Origin: an uncultured Solirubrobacterales bacterium
GTDB taxonomy: Bacteria; Actinomycetota; Thermoleophilia; Solirubrobacterales; Solirubrobacteraceae
Assembly: GCA_963703065.1 (NCBI GenBank)
Contig: OY969785.1
Span: forward strand, 2,014,116-2,078,115
DNA length: 64,000 bases
Reading direction: 5' to 3'
Below are positions 9,780-18,379 of the stretch, piece by piece. The notes beneath the pieces are model-generated. The model searched no databases. It was not told where the DNA came from and was given only the letters and a program-made list of their open reading frames with translations. Every line of letters starts with the position of its first letter. Position 1 is the stretch's first letter. The position numbers were made by a program, and so were the translations under genes.

Positions 9780-11207
9780 TCACTCCATCGACCCCCGTCG
9801 GCAGGCCAACGCGACCGCGGCCCCGATCAGGCAGAGCCCGGCGGCCACGGCGCTGGCGAGATTCCACCCGTGCGCCAGCCCCGCGGCACCTGGCCGGTCG
9901 TTGCCGGCAGTCAGCAGCGCGGCCACGACCGCGACTCCGGCCGCCCCGCCGACGTACCGGGCAGTGTTGTTGGCGCCGCTGCCCATCGCGGCGCGCCCGT
10001 ACGGGACCGATTCGACGGCCAGACGGCCGAGTGCGGCATTGGCCAGTCCGTAGCCCGCTCCGAGCAGGATCAGTCCGGGTGCGAGTCGGAGCCAGCTCGC
10101 TGTCGGCGTGAGGCCAGAGCACGCGGCCAGCCCGGCCGCTCCGCACAGGAAGCCAAGCGCCACCCGCCGGCCGGAGTCGAAACGGTCCGGAAGCCGACGC
10201 ACCTGGAACGCGACGATTGTTCCAGTCACCGAGAAGAGCGCCAGGATCCACGCCGAGGCGAAGATGGACTCGTGCAGCCCCCGCTGGAGGAACGTAGGCA
10301 GGAAGCTGACGACCGCGACGACCGCCAGGCCGACGAACAGGGCACCCGAAGCGGAGGCCACGAACAGCGGACGGCGGAACAGTGCGAGCTCGATCATCGG
10401 CTCCGTGCGGCGTCGCTCGACGGCGACGAACCCGGCGAGCAGGAGCCCGCTCGCCAGCAGCGCGCTCACCGTCGAGAGCCGGCCCCAGTGTTCGCGACCG
10501 AGGGTGAGCCCGGCGATCAAACACGCCATCGCGGAGCCGAACAGCGCGGCACCGGCGAGGTCGAGGCGCCGCGGGGACGCCGCGCGTGTCTCGATGAGCA
10601 GCGATCCGGCGGGGACGAGCGAGAGGGCGGCGCCGGCCTGAACCCAGTAGCCCGCTCGCCAGCCCCCGACGGACGCCGAGGCAGCTCCGACCAGCGGGCC
10701 CAGCGCAGTGCCGGCCCCCACCGCGGCGCCCCACACACCGGTGGCACGCGTGCGCTCCGGTCCAACCGGAAACGTGTGCCCGATCGAGCCGAGGCTGGAA
10801 GCGATGATTCCCGCGCCGGCGCCTCCCTGCAACACGCGGGCAGCCACGAACACGTCGATGCCGGATGCGGTCGCCGCCAGGGCGCTCGCGGCCGCAAGCG
10901 TGAGCGACGAGAGCAGGAACACCCGCCGCCGACCGTAGTCGTCGGCCATCGCTCCCAGGCTGAGGAGCATCGTGGCCAGGCCGAGGCTCATGCCGCCAAG
11001 GGCCCAGGTCTCGCCGCCCGTCCCGGCTCGCAGTGCGCTGATCGTGGCGCCCACGGTGCTGACGACATTCGCGAACACGAGGAGCACCAGGCCGGTGCCG
11101 GCACTCGCGACGAGCAGCGTGATCGTGGGCGTCGACGCTGCGCCGACCGGCCGGGGCAGCGACCCGCCGCGTCGAGGGCGTGGGAGGGAGTAGCGGCTGC
11201 CGGGCAT
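9780..11207 (-). CDS. MFS transporter (DHA2-like), paralog of 3188..4645
   Basis: GAMADDYGRRRVF; shares AAMGSGANNTARY with the paralog; TAGGGT -10 lies 7 nt before ATG 11207. Confidence 0.88.
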   Translation of the reverse strand: MPGSRYSLPRPRRGGSLPRPVGAASTPTITLLVASAGTGLVLLVFANVVSTVGATISALRAGTGGETWALGGMSLGLATMLLSLGAMADDYGRRRVFLLSSLTLAAASALAATASGIDVFVAARVLQGGAGAGIIASSLGSIGHTFPVGPERTRATGVWGAAVGAGTALGPLVGAASASVGGWRAGYWVQAGAALSLVPAGSLLIETRAASPRRLDLAGAALFGSAMACLIAGLTLGREHWGRLSTVSALLASGLLLAGFVAVERRRTEPMIELALFRRPLFVASASGALFVGLAVVAVVSFLPTFLQRGLHESIFASAWILALFSVTGTIVAFQVRRLPDRFDSGRRVALGFLCGAAGLAACSGLTPTASWLRLAPGLILLGAGYGLANAALGRLAVESVPYGRAAMGSGANNTARYVGGAAGVAVVAALLTAGNDRPGAAGLAHGWNLASAVAAGLCLIGAAVALACRRGSME

Positions 11208-11229
11208 CAAGGCGACCCTACCACGTCTT

Positions 11230-11244
11230 GTTCGGTGATCGAAC
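11230..11244. promoter_or_regulatory. GTTC-N7-GAAC operator, site 3 (MFS promoter)
   Basis: GTTCGGTGATCGAAC just upstream of the MFS -10. Confidence 0.55.
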
Positions 11245-11428
11245 TCAGACTCCCGGAGTCGCATGAGCGTTCGAGCCAGCGCCGCAGGCAAGGCCGCCAC
11301 CGGTAGGTCCGGCGATCAAGTCGGACCCGCCTTGTGCCGATAGCGAACTCGAACATTCGGCCCTCAGCGGCGCAGTTGCTCTAGCTGCGGCGGGGTGTGG
11401 CCCGGGATCGAGATCAAGGAGATTTGAC

Positions 11429-11923
11429 GTGTTCCATGCCCTTCGCCGACGGCGCGTCCGCGCCGCGCTGGCCGCCGTCGCCGTGCTCGGCATCTCGGGC
11501 GCCGCGGTCGCCTACTTCAGCACCTCGGGCTCGGGTAGCGGGAGCGCCCAGGTGGGCACCAGCTCGGCGCTGACGATCACCGGCACCATCACGCCCGGCA
11601 GCGGCGGCATCGTGCCGGGCGGGAACCCGGCGACCGTGGCGTTCTCGGTCAACAACACCGGGAGCCAGGCGTACGTCAACACGATCTCGCTGAACAGCGT
11701 CACGGCGTACAGCGACTCCGGCCACACGAACAACATCACCGGTACCGGGACCGGCAAGTGCGACACCACCGCGTTCACGATGAGCCCGGTGAGCGAGGGC
11801 CAGTCGGTCGGCTCCGGCACCACGTCTCTGCCCACCAGCGGCAGCCTGGTGTTCGCCGACAACGGCGTCAGCCAGGACGGCTGCAAGAACGCCTACCTGG
11901 TGGCGAGCTTCACCAGCAACTAA
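11429..11923 (+). CDS. Secreted protein with SipW/TasA-type signal peptide; candidate major fibre subunit
   Basis: AAGGAG RBS; RRRR-hydrophobic-AVA|YFSTSGSGSGSAQVG; two Cys; Ser/Thr/Gly-rich beta content. Confidence 0.8.
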   Translation: MFHALRRRRVRAALAAVAVLGISGAAVAYFSTSGSGSGSAQVGTSSALTITGTITPGSGGIVPGGNPATVAFSVNNTGSQAYVNTISLNSVTAYSDSGHTNNITGTGTGKCDTTAFTMSPVSEGQSVGSGTTSLPTSGSLVFADNGVSQDGCKNAYLVASFTSN

Positions 11924-11962
11924 TCCCGGTCGAGACGGAGAGGCGGCGCCGGCCGCGAGCTG

Positions 11963-12817
11963 GTGCCGCCCACCCCGTATCCGAGGACCGAGCCCGTGCG
12001 CACCCCCCATCCCCGTCTCCTGTCTCGGCGGGGAAGGGCGCTCGTGATCGCCGCGGTGCTGCTGGCCGCGCCGGCGATCGGGCTGTCCGCGCGCGCCGCT
12101 CGGTCGAGCGGCGGCACGGGCGGGTCGGCTTCGGGCTTCCGGCTCCGCATCGCCCCCACCCAGCGCAGGCTCCGGCCGGGCCAGGCGACGAGCTTCCGGG
12201 TCACCCTGCCCGCCGGCCGGGTGCGGCTGTCGATCGGCGGCCTGCCGCGGGCGACCCACGCCCGCTGGCAGCGCGGTCGGAGCGGGCTGATCCTGTCGCT
12301 CACGACCACCGGGCGAACGCCACCCGGTCGCTACCACGTGGTGGTCGGCGTTCGCCGCGGCTCTCGGCGCGCATACGCCGCGATCCAGCTCGTCGTCATC
12401 CGGCCCGCCGCAGGACACGGCACGGGGAGTGGCAGCGCGACGACCGGACCGTTCACGGTCTCGGGCAACGTCCGCGATCCGCTCGAGCCTGGCCTCGAGC
12501 GTCCCCTCGACCTACGCCTGACCAACCCGTTCGCCGTCCCGCTGCGAGTGAGCAGCCTCTCCGTCATGATCCAGCGGGTGCAGGCGCCGGGGGCGAGCGC
12601 TGCGCTTCCCTGTGACGGCTCGGACTTCGCCGTGGTGCCGTACAGCGGCTCGCTGCCGCTCAGCGTGCCGGGTCGGAGCAGCCGGGACCTCGCCGGGCTC
12701 GGCGTGCCGAGCACCGAGTGGCCGCAGGTCCTCCTGCGGGATCTGCCCGTCGACCAGGATGGATGCCGAGGTGCCACGGTGACGCTCGGCTATCGGGGCG
12801 GCGGCACACTGGGATGA
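11963..12817 (+). CDS. Secreted two-domain protein whose C-terminal domain resembles the 11429 protein
   Basis: Signal-like N-terminus; PG...TNP...CDGSDF...DQDGCRGATVTLGY parallels PG...VNN...CDTTAF...SQDGCKNAYLVASF; exact start uncertain. Confidence 0.7.
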   Translation: MPPTPYPRTEPVRTPHPRLLSRRGRALVIAAVLLAAPAIGLSARAARSSGGTGGSASGFRLRIAPTQRRLRPGQATSFRVTLPAGRVRLSIGGLPRATHARWQRGRSGLILSLTTTGRTPPGRYHVVVGVRRGSRRAYAAIQLVVIRPAAGHGTGSGSATTGPFTVSGNVRDPLEPGLERPLDLRLTNPFAVPLRVSSLSVMIQRVQAPGASAALPCDGSDFAVVPYSGSLPLSVPGRSSRDLAGLGVPSTEWPQVLLRDLPVDQDGCRGATVTLGYRGGGTLG

Positions 12818-14817
12818 AGCCCTGGGGCCTGAGGTGGGCGCTCCGCGCGCTGACCCCCGCCGTCGTGCTGCTCTGCGGGGGTGCGGTGGCTTGGGGCTAC
12901 TTCTCCACCACGGGCTCCGGGTCGGCGCAGGCGAGCGTCGCGGGACTCACCGCCCCGTCGGCGGTCACCGCGACCCAGACCGGCAACAGCGTCACCGTGA
13001 CCTGGAGCGCGGCGAGCGTCACCTCGGGTACCGCGGTCGACGGCTACCGGGTCACGCGCTCGGACAACACCACGATCTGCGGCAGCCCGACGCTCGTCAC
13101 CGTCCTCACCTGCACCGACTCCGCGCCGCTGGGCGGGAGCGCGACCTACACCGTCACGGCTGTCTTTCGCACCTGGACGGCGAGCGCCACCAGCGCATCG
13201 GGCTCGACGCTGTCGGCGCCCAGCATCACCTCGAGCCCGCCGAGCGACTCGAACAGCCAGTCCGCCAGCTTCGCGTTCTCCGGGGGCGGCGGGGCGACCT
13301 ACGCCTGCCAGCTCGACGGGAGTGCCTTCACGACGTGCACCAGCCCCGCGACGTACTCGAACCTGGCGGCGGGATCGCACACATTCGGTGTCCGCGCCGT
13401 CTCGGGCGGCTCCACCGGCCCGGTCAGCTCCGACACCTGGCTGATCGACACGACCGCACCGACCCAGGGCATCAGCCTCGCCGCAGGCGCGACGAACGCC
13501 GCCTTGAGCGGCTCGACCCTGTACTACCGCGGCAGCGTGGCCGGCTCGTTCCAGCTGACTGACACGGTGAGCGACGCGGGATCAGGCCCGGCCTCGGCGA
13601 CCTTCGCCGCGCTCGGCGCCAGCGGGTTCACCCACGCCGCTGAGACGATCTCGACCCCGACCGGGGGCCCGTACACCTCGAGCGCGATCTCCTGGACCGC
13701 GAACCCGACGAACCCCGCACCCCTCACCGTCACCGGCGCCGACGGGGCCGGCAACACGATCGCCACCTCGCTGACGTTCGTCAGCGACACGACGCCGCCC
13801 ACCTCCGGGGCGCTCCAGGTCAACGGGACCACGGCCACCAGCGGCGGCTCGTCGAGCACGATCGCCAACAGCACGAGCTTTCCAATCAACGCCCGCACCG
13901 ACTACACGGACGCCGGCTCCGGGCTCGCGTCCTCGGTGCTGACCGTGCAGTCCGAGTCGCTGTCGGGCTCCACGTGCGGCACGGCGGGCTCCGGGGGGCC
14001 GTTCACCACGGCAACGGTCATCAGCGCCACAACCCAGCCCTCCGGCATCCTCGCCGGCTACTGCTACCTGTACACGCTCACCGGAACGGACAACGTCGGT
14101 AACCGCGCCGCTGTCCACACCACGGTGGAGGACGACCTCGCAGGCTTCACCGTCACCACCCAGCCGGCGACCGCCACCGCCGGCACGAGCACCGGATCCA
14201 CCTCGGTGGTACTCACCGCGACCAAGAACGGCGCCACCGACACGGCCTACACTGGCGGGACCCTGAGCTGGTCGGGAGCGTCGAACAGCCCGAGTGGTGT
14301 CGCCCCCACCCTGCCCACGAGCGCCACCTGGAGCTCGGGCGTGGCCAAGTTCGGGCTCACGCTGGTCAAGGCCGAGTCGGCGACGCTGAGCGTCACCGAC
14401 GGCACCCGGACCGCACAGCTGTCGCCGATCACCGTCGCTCCGGGCGCCGCCAGCCACGTCGCCTGGACCGGAACGACGACGACGAGCTCGGCCGGTGTTC
14501 CGTCTCCCTGCCTCTTCGCCTGCGCGTACGCGACGAGCGGCAGCTTCGGCAACGCGAAGACCTGGACGTCGTTCGTCAGCGTGACCGACGCCGATGGCAA
14601 CGTGGTCCGCAACCTCAGCACCGCACCGACCGTGACGCTCTCCCTGCAGCTCCTGGCCAGCGGCACCGAGTCGCCGACCACGCTGAGCATCCCCACCACC
14701 GGCCCCGCCACCTCGAGCGCCACCGTGAAGTACACGAGCCCCGGCAGCGGCAGCTTCTCCGACACGCTGACCGCCGCCAGCCTGGGCCTGACCAGCGCCA
14801 CCGCCACGTTCAAGTAG
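12814..14817 (+). CDS. Large secreted Ig/FN3-repeat protein with SipW/TasA-type signal peptide; candidate adhesin
   Basis: AWG|YFSTTGSGSAQASVA; FN3-like domain, YACQLDG...CTSPATY and DTTAP/DTTPP Ig-like modules; ATGA overlap. Confidence 0.8.
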   Translation: MKPWGLRWALRALTPAVVLLCGGAVAWGYFSTTGSGSAQASVAGLTAPSAVTATQTGNSVTVTWSAASVTSGTAVDGYRVTRSDNTTICGSPTLVTVLTCTDSAPLGGSATYTVTAVFRTWTASATSASGSTLSAPSITSSPPSDSNSQSASFAFSGGGGATYACQLDGSAFTTCTSPATYSNLAAGSHTFGVRAVSGGSTGPVSSDTWLIDTTAPTQGISLAAGATNAALSGSTLYYRGSVAGSFQLTDTVSDAGSGPASATFAALGASGFTHAAETISTPTGGPYTSSAISWTANPTNPAPLTVTGADGAGNTIATSLTFVSDTTPPTSGALQVNGTTATSGGSSSTIANSTSFPINARTDYTDAGSGLASSVLTVQSESLSGSTCGTAGSGGPFTTATVISATTQPSGILAGYCYLYTLTGTDNVGNRAAVHTTVEDDLAGFTVTTQPATATAGTSTGSTSVVLTATKNGATDTAYTGGTLSWSGASNSPSGVAPTLPTSATWSSGVAKFGLTLVKAESATLSVTDGTRTAQLSPITVAPGAASHVAWTGTTTTSSAGVPSPCLFACAYATSGSFGNAKTWTSFVSVTDADGNVVRNLSTAPTVTLSLQLLASGTESPTTLSIPTTGPATSSATVKYTSPGSGSFSDTLTAASLGLTSATATFK

Positions 14818-14907
14818 CGACCGGTCCGGCCCCGCACCTCACCCTCCGGCGGGTCTCCGCCTGATCCGCCAAGCATGCGGGTCGCCGAGGTGGGTAAGGT
14901 CCGATCG

Positions 14908-16416
14908 ATGTCCGACAACGATCGAACTCTCGGCCGGCGGGGCCCGCTCGCCGGGCGTTATCCCGCGGTGGCGATGATGGTGATCTTCGCCCTCGTCCCG
15001 TACCTGGCGCTCTCCGCGGCGCTCGCGCCGATCACCCCGATCATCGCCCGCCAGCTGCACATGAGCCTCCAGACGATGAGCCTCGCCTCCGGGATGGGCA
15101 ACGCGGCGTACGCGATCGGGACGGTCCTCGCCGTGCAGTTCGCCCAGCACCTGCCGCAGCGGCGGATGATGGTCGTCTACGCGGGACTGCTCCTGCTCGG
15201 CTCGGTGCTGTCGGCCGCCGCCGATAGCCCGGGCGTGTTCGTGGCCGGCCACGTGCTCCAGGGGCTCTGCACCAGCCTGCTGCTCATCGCCGCCGTGCCG
15301 CCGCTGGCCCTCGGCTTCGGCCAGGCCCGGCTCCGGGAGACCGGGATGATCATGAACATCTGCATCTTCGGGGCGGTGGCGCTGGGGCCGACCGTGGGCG
15401 GGCTCCAGGCCGGAGCGCACGGCTGGCGGCCGCTGTTCTGGATCGTGGCCGGCATCTCCGCCACCGCACTCCTGCTGTCGCTGCTGACCTTCGAGGACGC
15501 GCCGCCGGCGGATCGGACCGCTCCGTGGGCTCCCACGGCCCTGGGGCTGGCCGGCGCCGGGTCGGTGGCCGCCTTCTTCGGCGCGTCGCAGCTGCTGACC
15601 CACCGGTTCCTCGACCCGGTGGCGCTCGGTCCCCTCCTCGCCGGGCTGGTGCTGATCGTCCTGCTCATCGTCGGCCAGTACCGCAGCCCGCGGCCGCTGC
15701 TGACGATCCGCAGCATGCTGTCGAGCACGATCCCGGTGGCGGGGATCGTCGTCGCCCTGTTCGCCGCCGCGGCATCGGTGTCGGCCACCGCGCTGACCGC
15801 CGGCCTGCTCGACGCCCGCTACAGCCCGCTCCACGTCGGCCTGCTCTACCTGCCGGAGCTCGGCGGCGCGGTGCTCACCGCCGTGGTGCTCGGCGCGGTG
15901 CTCAGCCGGCGAGCGATCCACTACCTGCCCCTGGTCGGGATGGGGTTCCTGGCCGCCGGGATCGCGGTGTTCCGCATCGAGCTGCCGCCCACCCAGGCGC
16001 TGACCCTGGTCGGCGCCGGGCTGACCGGGATCGGCCTCGGCGCCACCGTGGCGCCGGCGCTGTTCGTCGCCGGCTTCTCGCTGCCGTCCGCCAATCTCCA
16101 GCGCGTGTTCGCCATCGTCGAGCTGCTCCGCGCGGTGGCCGCGTTCATGATCGCGCCCCTGTTCGCCCACTTCGCCGCCACCGTCGGCGGTGGGCTGCGC
16201 GCGGGCACCGGGATCGCGTTGTGGATCGGGCTCGGCCTGGCGATTGGCGGCGCGGTGATCGCCGTGCTCCTCTACGTCCTCGGCGGGGCACGACCCCAGA
16301 CGCCGGCGCTCGACGAGTTCATCGCCGGCGAGCGGGCGGCGTGGTACTCGCCGCCGCTCCTGGCCCGCGTGCGCACCCGCTGGCTGGCCGGGGAGCTGGC
16401 CGACGAGGTGGCGTAG
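14908..16416 (+). CDS. MFS transporter
   Basis: About 14 TM segments; TAAGGT -10 lies 7 nt before the ATG. Confidence 0.85.
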   Translation: MSDNDRTLGRRGPLAGRYPAVAMMVIFALVPYLALSAALAPITPIIARQLHMSLQTMSLASGMGNAAYAIGTVLAVQFAQHLPQRRMMVVYAGLLLLGSVLSAAADSPGVFVAGHVLQGLCTSLLLIAAVPPLALGFGQARLRETGMIMNICIFGAVALGPTVGGLQAGAHGWRPLFWIVAGISATALLLSLLTFEDAPPADRTAPWAPTALGLAGAGSVAAFFGASQLLTHRFLDPVALGPLLAGLVLIVLLIVGQYRSPRPLLTIRSMLSSTIPVAGIVVALFAAAASVSATALTAGLLDARYSPLHVGLLYLPELGGAVLTAVVLGAVLSRRAIHYLPLVGMGFLAAGIAVFRIELPPTQALTLVGAGLTGIGLGATVAPALFVAGFSLPSANLQRVFAIVELLRAVAAFMIAPLFAHFAATVGGGLRAGTGIALWIGLGLAIGGAVIAVLLYVLGGARPQTPALDEFIAGERAAWYSPPLLARVRTRWLAGELADEVA

Positions 16417-16425
16417 GCGATCCCG

Positions 16426-18000
16426 GTGGATCGCAAGGGGCTCGCGCTCACCGCTGCGATCCTGGCCTCGACGATCGCCGCGGTCGACACGTCGGCGACG
16501 AACGTCGCGCTGCCCGCCATCGCTCGCCAGCTTGGGGGCGGGTTCGCCGCCCAGCAGTGGATCTCGAACGCCTACCTGCTGACGCTGGGTACGCTGATCC
16601 TGCTCGCCGGGTCACTGACCGACCGGCTCGGCGAACGACGGGTGTTCGTCCTCGGCGTGTCCGGATTCGGGGTCGGCTCGGCGCTCTGCGCCGCCGCCCC
16701 GACGGTCGGGATCCTGATCGCCGCCCGTGCCCTTCAGGGCGTCGCGGGGGCGATGCTCACCCCGTCGGCGCTGGCGATCATCGTCGCCGTGTTCGGACCC
16801 GAGGAGCGTGGCGCGGCGGTCGGCCGCTGGACCGCCTGGAGCGGCGTCGGGATCCTCGCCGGGCCGCTGATCGGCGGCGCGCTCGTCGACCAGGCCTCCT
16901 GGCGGTGGATCTTCCTCATCAACCTGCCGCTCGTGAGCGCGGCGCTGTGGCTGGCCCGCACTGCCGTGCCCGGCCGTTCGACGCGCGCGGTGTCCGGCCG
17001 GATCGATGGGCTCGGTGCGCTGCTCGCCGCCGTCGGGCTGGCCGGCGTGTCGTTCGGGCTCATCGAGCGCCCGGTGCTGGGCGGCGGGATGGTCGTGTGG
17101 ACGGCGCTCGCGGTGGGCGCCACAGTGTTCGCCGCCTTCGTCGCCTACGAGCGCCGGGCGCCGGCGCCGATGCTCCCGCTCGAGCTGTTCGCCCGGCGGA
17201 ACTTCGCGGTGGCCAATGCGCAGACGCTCGCCATGTACGGCGGGATCGGTCTGCTCGGCTTCTTCGTCACGATCTACCTCCAGCAGGTCGCCGGCTACAG
17301 CGCGCTCAAGTCCGGGGTCACCGGCCTGGTCCCCACCTGTGTCATGTTCCTGCTCTCCGCGCGGATCGGCGCGCTGGCCGATCGGTACGGGCCGCGCCCG
17401 TTCCTCATCGGCGGGCCGTGCCTCGTGTCGGCCGGCTTCCTCCTCATGCTCCGCTACGGCACGTCAGTGTCGCTGCTCGGCGACGTCGTCCCCGCCCTGC
17501 TCGTGCTCTCGCTCGGCCTCGCCTGTACCGTCTCGCCGCTCACCGCGACCGTGCTGGCCGACGCGGACGAGCACGATGCCGGGATCGCCTCGGCGGTGAA
17601 CAACGCCATCGCGCGCACGGCCAGCCTGATCGCGGTGGCCGCGGTCGGAGCGGTCGTCAGCGCACACTACGCGGGCGCGCTCGACGCCCGGCTGGCCGGC
17701 CGCCTCCCCGCGTCGAGCGTCCCGGCGATCCGCGCTGCCAAGCGGGCGACGTTCGGGCGGATCGATCCCCATGCCGTCCCTCCGGCCGACCGTCCGCTCG
17801 CCGCCCGCGCGAGCGCTGCCGCCGCTCGCGACGCGTTCCACCTCACGGTCGAGATCGGCGGCGGACTGCTCCTCGTCGCCGCGGCCGGGGGGCTGGCCCT
17901 GCGCGGGCGGCGGCGGCCGGACGTGGCGGCGGCCGAGTGCGCGGCCGGTCAGACGACGGGGCAGCCTCGGGCGCTCATGGGCGCGTCGGTGCGGAGCTGA
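16426..18000 (+). CDS. MFS transporter, DHA2 (EmrB/QacA) family
   Basis: NVALPAI, GSLTDRLGERRVF, WRWIFLINLP. Confidence 0.92.
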   Translation: MDRKGLALTAAILASTIAAVDTSATNVALPAIARQLGGGFAAQQWISNAYLLTLGTLILLAGSLTDRLGERRVFVLGVSGFGVGSALCAAAPTVGILIAARALQGVAGAMLTPSALAIIVAVFGPEERGAAVGRWTAWSGVGILAGPLIGGALVDQASWRWIFLINLPLVSAALWLARTAVPGRSTRAVSGRIDGLGALLAAVGLAGVSFGLIERPVLGGGMVVWTALAVGATVFAAFVAYERRAPAPMLPLELFARRNFAVANAQTLAMYGGIGLLGFFVTIYLQQVAGYSALKSGVTGLVPTCVMFLLSARIGALADRYGPRPFLIGGPCLVSAGFLLMLRYGTSVSLLGDVVPALLVLSLGLACTVSPLTATVLADADEHDAGIASAVNNAIARTASLIAVAAVGAVVSAHYAGALDARLAGRLPASSVPAIRAAKRATFGRIDPHAVPPADRPLAARASAAAARDAFHLTVEIGGGLLLVAAAGGLALRGRRRPDVAAAECAAGQTTGQPRALMGASVRS

Positions 18001-18061
18001 GCCGGGCGCGCTGCCCGCTGAGGCCCCGGATCCGGCGCGTCGAACCTCTACGCTCTGCCCG

Positions 18062-18292
18062 GTGAGCACCGTCATGTACGTCAAGCCCGGGTGCCCGTAC
18101 TGCCAGACCGCGCGCGAGCACCTGGCGGCAGAGGGCATCGAGGTCGAGGAGCGCGATGCCACCCTCGAGGCGCGCTGGCGCGAGGAGCTGATGGGCTACA
18201 CGAATCGGCGGGGCGTCGTGCCCACCATCGTGCCCGACGACGGGCCGGTTCAGGTCGGCTTTCCGCCCGGTCGCGGCTGACGCGTCCACTGA
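18062..18292 (+). CDS. Glutaredoxin-like (seleno)protein; TGA at 18278-18280 probably selenocysteine (conventional ORF ends at 18280)
   Basis: CPYC active site and VPTI cis-Pro motif; ...GFPPGRG-TGA-CGC-GTC-CAC-TGA with a SECIS-like hairpin immediately after the first TGA. Confidence 0.8.
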
Positions 18293-18323
18293 CGCGGTCG
18301 GTCGACTGCGCAGCGGCGACGCG
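18281..18323 (+). promoter_or_regulatory. Candidate bacterial SECIS element
   Basis: Upper stem CGCGGTC/GACTGCG with GGUC loop starting 20 nt after the UGA; lower stem CGCGTC/GACGCG. Confidence 0.7.
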
Positions 18324-18379
18324 TGGCTCACGGCCCCTGCGCCGTGGCGCGGACGACTGCCGCCACCGCCACGTGCGGC

